Shown in pieces: positions 57,000 to 64,000 of a stretch of 64,000 nt of DNA (its first letter is position 1; every line of letters starts with the position of its first letter). This DNA is from a virus. The stretch lies in the IMG/VR virus record IMGVR_UViG_3300023171_000013, positions 2,704 to 66,703 of that record. One strand, 5' to 3'. The notes under the pieces are model-generated. The model was not told where the DNA came from, ran no database searches, and saw only the letters and a list, made by a program, of their open reading frames with translations. A program made the position numbers and the translations under genes.

Positions 57000-57533
57000 A
57001 TGAGCACGAAAAAGAACAAGATCACGAAACTTCCGAAAGGATTGCCGGATTGTCCTAAACCACCAGTTGGATGCTACTGGAAATATATGGGTAGTGGATG
57101 GCTAAGTAAGTGTGAACTCTATATTTTTATTAATCCAAATGATGATAACAGATGGTTCTATGGACATGGACAATCAGCCGGATTCTATAATGTTCATTAC
57201 TGCATTCCGATCAAGCACCCCGCGCCGTCCCATGCCGACTGTGATGCAGCCAAACTGGATCGTGTCTTGAAGCTGGCCGAAAAACTGCGCCCGAAGATGG
57301 ACGCGCTGGACCGCAAGACCCGCAAGGTTCTCGAAGCCGAGGGGCGTAAGACAATCGCAGCAGGCGCGAAGGTGAACAAAACGAAGTCTGAACGCTGGAC
57401 GTATTCAGCCTACCGCGCGAATCTCAAGCTCGATGGTAAAACTTTCGCCATCGTCACGCCCAACGGGAAGGATGCGTTGTCCGACGAAGACGCTCGGACC
57501 ATGCTGGACGCGCTGAACGGAGGCCGCAAGTGA
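57000..57533 (+). CDS. Hypothetical protein
   Basis: 177 aa; AT-rich 5' half and GC-rich 3' half, possibly mosaic. Confidence 0.6.
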   Translation: MSTKKNKITKLPKGLPDCPKPPVGCYWKYMGSGWLSKCELYIFINPNDDNRWFYGHGQSAGFYNVHYCIPIKHPAPSHADCDAAKLDRVLKLAEKLRPKMDALDRKTRKVLEAEGRKTIAAGAKVNKTKSERWTYSAYRANLKLDGKTFAIVTPNGKDALSDEDARTMLDALNGGRK

Positions 57534-57775
57534 ACACCTACCTACTTATCATCTGCGCCGCGATCCTCGCAGTGTTCATCCTTTGCCTACTCGCCTACCG
57601 AATGGGCCATCGCCACGGCGTAATGGATGCAGACAAGTTTGCCCACCAACAAGGATTCAAACGCGGCTACGACACAGCTTGGGTAGATCGTCAAATCCAT
57701 GACGCCAAACAGAGGGAACTCCGCACAGGCCGTTGCCCACAAGGACGCTTCACGAAGAAGCCCCAAATTGGTTAA
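57530..57775 (+). CDS. Small membrane-anchored protein
   Basis: N-terminal hydrophobic helix; GxxxGY repeats. Confidence 0.6.
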   Translation: MNTYLLIICAAILAVFILCLLAYRMGHRHGVMDADKFAHQQGFKRGYDTAWVDRQIHDAKQRELRTGRCPQGRFTKKPQIG

Positions 57776-57778
57776 ACG

Positions 57779-58072
57779 ATGCCAACGGACGAATACCAGA
57801 GGGAACGCAATCGGCTAAAGATGGCTGTATACCGAGCGCGTAATATTGAGAAGTGCCGCGAACAATCGAGACAAGCCGTAAGGCGTATGCGAGAACGGCT
57901 AAAAGCAGAAGGTAAACCGCGCACCATAGAACCTAAACGTATCCTCGCCAAACAACTTCGTCCGAAACCAGTAGTAAAACTAACGCGTGCACCAAAGAAA
58001 CCAGCTAAACCAATCGACCGCATATCCCTTTTGAGAGAGCGGTTCATGGCCTTTAGAGAAAAGAAACAATGA
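57779..58072 (+). CDS. Basic hypothetical protein
   Basis: Arg/Lys-rich; RERFMAFREKK echoes NRFKAFREKK in 55833-56147. Confidence 0.55.
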   Translation: MPTDEYQRERNRLKMAVYRARNIEKCREQSRQAVRRMRERLKAEGKPRTIEPKRILAKQLRPKPVVKLTRAPKKPAKPIDRISLLRERFMAFREKKQ

Positions 58073-58245
58073 AATACACTAAATCCCTAATCACCATCTA
58101 CACATTGGTAGCTATCATTACCTTTGGTCATGTATGGAATCGACCATGGACCGAGCAACTGAAAAACAGCGAAGGCTTACTATTGGTAAGCGCAACAGCA
58201 AGTGCGGCTTGGCCTTTTTATTGGTCTGTCATAGCATGGGAATAA
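58069..58245 (+). CDS. Small membrane protein (58 aa)
   Basis: ATGA overlap; two hydrophobic segments ending WPFYWS. Confidence 0.55.
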   Translation: MKYTKSLITIYTLVAIITFGHVWNRPWTEQLKNSEGLLLVSATASAAWPFYWSVIAWE

Positions 58246-58415
58246 AAAAGTGGGAGGGCGTTAACGAATGATACGCCCCTAGGGTTGAACTATCGAGGAT
58301 AACCAGAAACCCCGCACTCGCCCTTTTACCCGAGAACAATCCGTAGTGTGCCGCGAAGCCTTAGCAAGAACTGAATCTAAGATTCGATAAACAAAGAATG
58401 ATTAGCTAATAATTT

Positions 58416-58679
58416 ATGGATACAATCTTCAAATACCCTATTGAAATTACAGATAAACAAACTCTGCAAATACCGTCGCAGTCCTCTCCGCTTTACGCTG
58501 GACTAGACCCCAATGGGAAACCCTGCATTTGGTGCTGCGTAGATAGTAACAAGACTAACCACGAGGTTACAGTTTATGTTGTCGGAACAGGCAACCCAAT
58601 GCCCGAGCGCAACCCCACACTTATCTATGTCGGTAGCTTTGTGCAAAGATCGTTTGTATGGCATATCTTCATGCGCTAA
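58416..58679 (+). CDS. Phage hypothetical protein
   Basis: TIFKYP...CIWC.VD...VGTGNP...YVGSF...FVWHIF family pattern. Confidence 0.75.
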   Translation: MDTIFKYPIEITDKQTLQIPSQSSPLYAGLDPNGKPCIWCCVDSNKTNHEVTVYVVGTGNPMPERNPTLIYVGSFVQRSFVWHIFMR

Positions 58680-58683
58680 AACA

Positions 58684-59256
58684 TTACCCTAGTTTCCGAA
58701 CAAAGCACGCCTCTGGTGAACGCTCCTTGTTCGACTCAGAAAACTTAGGCTTGTGCATGTAGGTAGCCACGGATGTAGCCCACTTATGCAACCGGCAGAA
58801 TGAGTCATCCAGTGGTGTAGCCCTCATCCCCTTGAGAAGCGCAGCCCTGCGCTCCATTTCCTCTGTCTCAGGAGAGTAGGCCCAGTCTATCTCCGATGCA
58901 TATTTGCATCCCTCGCACCCCGGCCAACGTTCCTTTGCCTCGGTCTTTGAGCAAAGCGTTACATTCCCTGCCTTATATACTTCGCTTAACCATTCGCGTA
59001 GGGGCTGGATATGCGCAGGGATACCCACGGGTTTCGGCGGCATACCATCATCCAAGATAAGCCAAGGAGCTATTGTTTCGTAATAGCCAAGAACATCCTG
59101 CTTCGGAGTTCCTAACGGCCATGAGTTCGCCAGCCGATAATCCTGCACCGCCTTTACAAGATCAGGAAAACTATCGGCACGAATAATCTGCCCCCTATCG
59201 GTGAAGTGATGACCGCCTATTGGCTTACGCTGTGCGCTAGGATTGATATGTTTCAT
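58684..59256 (-). CDS. Cys-containing hypothetical protein
   Basis: PIGGHHF...EAKERWPGCEGC...FC; downstream of the terminase genes. Confidence 0.65.
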   Translation of the reverse strand: MKHINPSAQRKPIGGHHFTDRGQIIRADSFPDLVKAVQDYRLANSWPLGTPKQDVLGYYETIAPWLILDDGMPPKPVGIPAHIQPLREWLSEVYKAGNVTLCSKTEAKERWPGCEGCKYASEIDWAYSPETEEMERRAALLKGMRATPLDDSFCRLHKWATSVATYMHKPKFSESNKERSPEACFVRKLG

Positions 59257-59498
59257 TCTTCTTTTTCCTCCTCCTTGGCCTCAACAGTATCAAAAACCTG
59301 TTCGCTGCTCAGTTCCATCTCATCACAAACATCCGTCTCCCTATCAGGGAAGCAAACGTCGTAACGAGGAACCAGCCTATCCGACATTAGGAATACGTTA
59401 ATCACTATGCCTCGTTCGCCGCTCAAGGCGTGATACACAATATCTCCTACCCAAAATCGGGTAAGCACTATCCGTTTTGTTAGCTCAGGTTGTTTCAT
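59253..59498 (-). CDS. Small SH3-like hypothetical protein
   Basis: FWVGDIVYH...RGIV...YDV...EMELS. Confidence 0.65.
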   Translation of the reverse strand: MKQPELTKRIVLTRFWVGDIVYHALSGERGIVINVFLMSDRLVPRYDVCFPDRETDVCDEMELSSEQVFDTVEAKEEEKEE

Positions 59499-61405
59499 AG
59501 TTCTAGGTTATCCTTACCATTTCCTTCCCCGCAAATAGAATCCGGCTCATCCACCGTTTCCTGTTTAACCGATTCAGAGTCTTGTGAGGTATGCCGAGAA
59601 TCAATCTGCTCCACCATACCGGGTAAAACATGCCCCCTTGTCCTGACTAACTGGACACACTGAATCACACTGTCTGCTTCGTCACAGCTACGTTGATTTC
59701 TCGCCTTATACTCATCCTTGCTCTCCACCTTCATAGTTGCGTTTTTCGCATACCTGAATCGGCGAGAACTCAACTGGACATTGATCGGAGACGAAGGAAC
59801 TACAGGGTTAATCACAATAGCCCCCACAGTTGGGTTTAACCACTCACGGAAGGCAAACCACATTTCAGAGCTTATCCCTTGGAAACGATTAGACGCAGGC
59901 TCTTGGTCTTCTGAAAGCACCATCAGGTCTGTCGCACCATCACCCCAGTTGATACCCATGATCTTCCCCCAGTATTTGGTAAGGTGAGAGAACGTGCCAA
60001 GTCCATTACCGGACTTATCCACTACCACCCACTCAGGAGCAATCCCCAGCATCTTGCAACGCCCAGTGATTTCCTCGCTCATCTGAATAGAGTCATAGGA
60101 TTTCTCCATCTGGATAATCTGGTGAATCTCCAAGACGTGACGCGGCTTCTTCTTCCCCGCGCTCGTGCGATCCAAGTAGTCCTCATACTTCCCATCCTGT
60201 CTTCGCCAGCCTTTAGCCAGCCCCCATTTGAAGACAGTCATCTGTGCCGTGTCCGCTCCTTGGAACGCTAGGTCCACACTTGCTCCCATCGTCGGCTTAC
60301 CGAGCCACACAGGTTCACCGCGTGCCTCAGTAGTCCACGTTGCAGGAATAATCGTATTCGCACTACCCTTAACAGGTGGCCAACCACGGCAGAAGCAAAA
60401 ATATGAAGGGGAACTATCTGCACCATCACCCTTTAGGTAATTAAGAAATCCCTCGTAAGTCTGAATGCCGGGATAGATTTCCTTCTTCGCCAGAACATTC
60501 TCCGACTGCGCACCATCTAGGCGCGTAACATGCCACCCCTTCTTGCTCTCCCACTCATAGAGTTTATCCAAGTCATCCTCAATCCATCCATGCATAGGCT
60601 CTGCCATTTGCACAACCAGTTTGCTCATATCCTCGGGGTTAAACGCCAACGCAATCTTAACGTGATCCTTCCCCTTGATTGACCCCTTGATGGATTCAAA
60701 GTCCGTGAATGGACCAACCGGCCAATTCTGTGTTTCATCCCCTAGCACGCGAAGCCGTGACATGAACCCGAATCGAGGATGCTCAGTCTTGCGAACAGGC
60801 TTTGGCTTAAACCCCTTCAAGTCACCCGTAGAACTAGACGAGTGTTTAACCGCAACCCCGTGGAATCCAAAGTAAGGTCCGGCATCCGTCATCCCGATAA
60901 ACAGATCATGCTCACGGTAGGTAATATTTTGCTCGTCGTTATCCGTAATTGGAACCGCCGCAGCCTTGAGCAATGACCAGATATGCGCAAAAAGATTTGT
61001 CTTCAAGTGGCCCTCGTCTCGGGAGATAACCTTGATCGTCGTAAAATAAGGGTCACGAATCCAGTCCAAAAGCATCCAAGCTCCTGCGCTATAAGTCTTT
61101 GAGGATGACGCAGCACCTTGCAAGAGAATGAGATTATGGCTACTAAGAGATTCAAATACTCTACGCACAAACATCGGCTCCACGTTGAACATGGTATTGC
61201 CCCACAGGAGGGTAGCCGCTAAAAGGTAATCGTCATTATCCAGCAAACGTTGCAGGAATGCCCTCACGATAATCTTAGCCTCGGCATACTGCGCAACCTG
61301 CCCCTGAACTTGCGAGACGTAAAGAATCGCGTTAGCCGCATCTACCCATTTATCCTTCCCCTCAGCTAGCAGGGAATGGATGAACTTAACTTGGTCGTTT
61401 GTCAT
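59495..61405 (-). CDS. terL: Terminase large subunit
   Basis: Walker A GAASSSKT, Walker B VLGDE, FNP motif, RNase H-like VDLA..GAD, VVDKSGNG and DEADS motifs. Confidence 0.88.
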   Translation of the reverse strand: MTNDQVKFIHSLLAEGKDKWVDAANAILYVSQVQGQVAQYAEAKIIVRAFLQRLLDNDDYLLAATLLWGNTMFNVEPMFVRRVFESLSSHNLILLQGAASSSKTYSAGAWMLLDWIRDPYFTTIKVISRDEGHLKTNLFAHIWSLLKAAAVPITDNDEQNITYREHDLFIGMTDAGPYFGFHGVAVKHSSSSTGDLKGFKPKPVRKTEHPRFGFMSRLRVLGDETQNWPVGPFTDFESIKGSIKGKDHVKIALAFNPEDMSKLVVQMAEPMHGWIEDDLDKLYEWESKKGWHVTRLDGAQSENVLAKKEIYPGIQTYEGFLNYLKGDGADSSPSYFCFCRGWPPVKGSANTIIPATWTTEARGEPVWLGKPTMGASVDLAFQGADTAQMTVFKWGLAKGWRRQDGKYEDYLDRTSAGKKKPRHVLEIHQIIQMEKSYDSIQMSEEITGRCKMLGIAPEWVVVDKSGNGLGTFSHLTKYWGKIMGINWGDGATDLMVLSEDQEPASNRFQGISSEMWFAFREWLNPTVGAIVINPVVPSSPINVQLSSRRFRYAKNATMKVESKDEYKARNQRSCDEADSVIQCVQLVRTRGHVLPGMVEQIDSRHTSQDSESVKQETVDEPDSICGEGNGKDNLEL

Positions 61406-62001
61406 TAGATGTCGGTAACGGGCGATTCCTTGGCGACGGATTCAGTGACTACCACTTTCGCCCCAACACCATTCTTCTTACCCAGTTCGTCTAGGCTCTG
61501 CATGATTGCCGCGAAGCCTTGCGGTTTCTCAGCAAACCCGTTCGCCATGCCCTTACCGATAGCCTCCATCCCTGTAATCAAGCCGGACACCGCTCCAGTC
61601 GGGGCTTTAAGCGAACCATCCTCATTCCTTTCAGTAGCATCCGGCTCATACGCACGATAGCTCAGTTCAGCCGCGAGCTTTGCAGCAGTAGCAAGGTCTG
61701 CCAATTCCTTTGGCTTTAACGCCTCTCCACTTTTTTTGTATAGGTCGATATTGGTCTTAACCAATTCTCGCATCATAGACGCCACAACCATGTTGGCATG
61801 GCGGTTATCTTTCGCCTCAAGAGGAACTAATACCTTATCCCCAGTTTCACGACGAATAACCAAGGCATTTGAGAAATGCTTTTCCCTCATTTGCTTCTTT
61901 ACCCTTGGCTTCGGCGCGGGGCGTAGAGCCAGTGTCGCCTCAATAGGCGTATCTACTTCCTCGCTTATTTCCACTGACTCAATCGTAGGTTCATCGTTCA
62001 T
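61405..62001 (-). CDS. Putative terminase small subunit
   Basis: Helical 198-aa ORF coupled immediately upstream of terL. Confidence 0.55.
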   Translation of the reverse strand: MNDEPTIESVEISEEVDTPIEATLALRPAPKPRVKKQMREKHFSNALVIRRETGDKVLVPLEAKDNRHANMVVASMMRELVKTNIDLYKKSGEALKPKELADLATAAKLAAELSYRAYEPDATERNEDGSLKAPTGAVSGLITGMEAIGKGMANGFAEKPQGFAAIMQSLDELGKKNGVGAKVVVTESVAKESPVTDI

Positions 62002-62308
62002 CAGCTAAGTTTCTGACAGCCTGCCCAAAACCTGTCAACGGCCAGCATCAAAGTATCCATCCCGCGCATCACTGATCTTCGCGGCCCTAACCATCTCTGA
62101 ATCACCAATATGCTTCTTAGCCCTTCGATTGGCCTTACCCAACTGAGAAAGCCGTCCGACTTTACGGGGTGGCTTGTTGAAATAATCGTAGTCCTTTTGG
62201 TTGTATTTGCTCACGGTGAATAGTTGCAACGAATGAATAAGGGCGGTCAAGCTAGTAAACCGCTTACTTCCTTGCCTCATTTACCGAGGCGCAAAGAATC
62301 CAGAGCGA

Positions 62309-62503
62309 ATGAAAAACAACATGCCATTAACTCGTGAGGAAAAGTTAGCTTCGCCTAAGCGGCTATTTATTTTCTTTCGTGAAGATGGATTCTATCCCGT
62401 GATATTGCCATCAGCTACCGTTGCCGACAACGCAGAAATCAACCACGGAACGCTGCGCGTTGAAGACGCCATTACTCACGAGGTTGTCTGGTCAAATCAG
62501 TAA
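62309..62503 (+). CDS. Hypothetical protein
   Basis: First ORF after the promoter box at 62262. Confidence 0.55.
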   Translation: MKNNMPLTREEKLASPKRLFIFFREDGFYPVILPSATVADNAEINHGTLRVEDAITHEVVWSNQ

Positions 62504-62514
62504 ACTTTCCACCA

Positions 62515-63213
62515 ATGAAAATCACTAAAGAAGGAATCGCCGTCATCGAAACCGATACGCGGCACATCAGCAAATGGGTCGAGCAACATAAACGTCTCGA
62601 CATCCAAGAGGGGCAAATTCTCCCTTGGCTCAAGAACGTGCCGGAAGGAGGCGTATGCATCGACGCAGGAGCCTTCATCGGAGATACAGCCCTGACCATG
62701 GCGAAGCACGTTGGCTATGATGGAGTAGTAATCGCTATTGAGCCAAATCCCGAGGCTTACGAATGCCTCAAGTATAACATGGAGCACAATGAAATCATGT
62801 CGGTAAATACCCTTACCGTGAATAAGGCCATTGGCCCAGCCGAGGGAGAACCAGCCACACTGATGAAGGATACCAATGCAGGCGCATCTTGGCTATCTCG
62901 CCACGGATCAGGTGGACTCTACACAATGCCACTGGATAAGATTTCCGAAGGTCTGGTTAAGGGGCGTGTCCACTTTATCAAGATCGACGTAGAGGGATGG
63001 GAGGTTGAAGTGCTGAAATCCGCACAAGAAATCCTCGCCCGCGACAAGCCCGACCTGCTCATTGAGGTAAACCACGGCGCACTTGAACGCCAAGGAGCCA
63101 CTATGAAAGACATCACTGATATTCTTTTAGCTCACGGCTATCAATGGGGAATCACTGATTCTTCAATCAAATACACCGATCCCCAGTTCGATATTTTCTG
63201 CACAACCAAATAA
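62515..63213 (+). CDS. FkbM-family methyltransferase
   Basis: IDAGAFIG, AIEPNP, FIKIDVEGWEVEVL and LLIEVN motifs. Confidence 0.92.
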   Translation: MKITKEGIAVIETDTRHISKWVEQHKRLDIQEGQILPWLKNVPEGGVCIDAGAFIGDTALTMAKHVGYDGVVIAIEPNPEAYECLKYNMEHNEIMSVNTLTVNKAIGPAEGEPATLMKDTNAGASWLSRHGSGGLYTMPLDKISEGLVKGRVHFIKIDVEGWEVEVLKSAQEILARDKPDLLIEVNHGALERQGATMKDITDILLAHGYQWGITDSSIKYTDPQFDIFCTTK

Positions 63214-63217
63214 ATTT

Positions 63218-63673
63218 ATGAACGAACAAGACGAAGCAAAGACATTTCACGCAGCCCAAGCATTCACCAACGTAGTTTTCAACTACTCCATGAGTGCTCA
63301 CGGCTCCACCCGTAACAAGACAGGACGTGAGGCAGCAGACTCCTTCTACACCGCGCTCATTGATGCAATTGAGTCAGCCCGCAAAGTTGGCCGCGATGAT
63401 ACGCTAGCTAGTGAATCACCATTCTCCTTGCTGGAAGCAGAGCTCCTTACCCTGCACGCAGCATTATTTGCGTTTAACCAGTTCAGCCCGATTCCATTAA
63501 ATCAAATGATCGAGCTTTCCAATGGAGCTTTCCAGTGTGTAAACAAGGTTATAGCTGACCGCGAGGCACAGGGAATCCATGGAAAGATTGACCCCGAATT
63601 CGTATTATGCAAAGGAGATAATGGAGAAGTATGTATGGGCGTGCGACTTAGGGATAAGGCAGAGAGCGATTAA
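63218..63673 (+). CDS. Hypothetical protein
   Basis: 151-aa ATG ORF. Confidence 0.6.
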   Translation: MNEQDEAKTFHAAQAFTNVVFNYSMSAHGSTRNKTGREAADSFYTALIDAIESARKVGRDDTLASESPFSLLEAELLTLHAALFAFNQFSPIPLNQMIELSNGAFQCVNKVIADREAQGIHGKIDPEFVLCKGDNGEVCMGVRLRDKAESD

Positions 63674-63847
63674 AAAAGATTTTAATTTCTTCGCTTACGT
63701 TATTGACAGCACTATCAAAACTTCTTTGTTTCCAATTCATAGATTAGTCCGAATGGGTTTCTAAGGCTCTACCCAAACAAAACAGCCACTCCGGTCATTC
63801 ACCGGCATACTCTAGGGTATGGGAAGCAAGGAAGTTCTTTTTAGTTG

Positions 63848-63902
63848 AAGAGGAGTAAGCAAGCGCATCGCATTTAGCATGGTTTGCCTACTCCTCTTTT
63901 TT
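63848..63902 (+). terminator. Long hairpin plus T-run (terminator or small structured RNA)
   Basis: AAGAGGAGTAAGCAAGC...GTTTGCCTACTCCTCTT followed by TTTT. Confidence 0.6.
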
Positions 63903-63904
63903 AT

Positions 63905-63979
63905 GGCCGATTCGTATAGAAGTTAATACACTGTCCTTTCACGACAGGAACAGGGGAGCGTTACCCCTATCGGCTACCA
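63905..63979 (+). tRNA. tRNA-Glu(UUC)
   Basis: Acceptor GGCCGAT/ATCGGCT, D stem GTAT/ATAC, anticodon arm CTGTC-CT-TTC-AC-GACAG, T arm AGGGG-AGCGTTA-CCCCT, CCA. Confidence 0.85.
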
Positions 63980-64000
63980 CTTTCCTGTCGTGAAAGGACA

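Noticed and set aside
58250-58400. Hairpins such as AGGGCG/CGCCC in an intergenic gap
   Set aside because: Could be a simple minus-strand terminator; the evidence is insufficient for a separate ncRNA claim.
1-64000. Prophage or temperate lifestyle
   Set aside because: No integrase, host genes or att-flanked boundary is visible, so lifestyle cannot be assigned.

Overview
Near-complete genome of a tailed dsDNA phage (Caudoviricetes, podovirus-type virion gene set). A tRNA array is present at both window ends, so the contig is probably circularly permuted with only a small part missing. Shine-Dalgarno motifs are essentially absent, which suggests a Verrucomicrobiota/PVC- or Bacteroidota-like host (inference). 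Layout: tRNA array, HNH and phosphoesterase genes (1-5.3 kb); GIY-YIG nuclease and a ~1 kb non-coding region (5.3-7.85 kb); + strand early genes with a MoxR-type AAA ATPase and vWA-like partner (7.85-14.8 kb); - strand recombination genes (RusA-like, HNH, SWIM, PD-(D/E)XK exonuclease, SSB; 14.8-20.2 kb); - strand virion operon (portal, scaffold, four glycosyltransferase-like genes, major capsid, tailspike/fibres, lysis, tail tube/nozzle, cupin-SET, ejection proteins; 20.3-53.1 kb); DnaB, small genes, terminase, FkbM methyltransferase and a further tRNA. No integrase, DNA polymerase or endolysin was recognised. Most notable: (1) two tRNA-Arg genes with no D-arm at the normal position and a D-loop-like GGA element after the anticodon arm; (2) at least 53 copies of YGTTTAACCR, about 25-fold over chance; (3) a RusA-like resolvase split over two overlapping frames with an A_AAA_AAG slippery site; (4) a glycosyltransferase cluster in the capsid module, including an HTH-glycosyltransferase fusion; (5) a recurrent GCTTACTT-NN-TTG promoter box. 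All protein calls come from motifs read by eye; no database searches were run.
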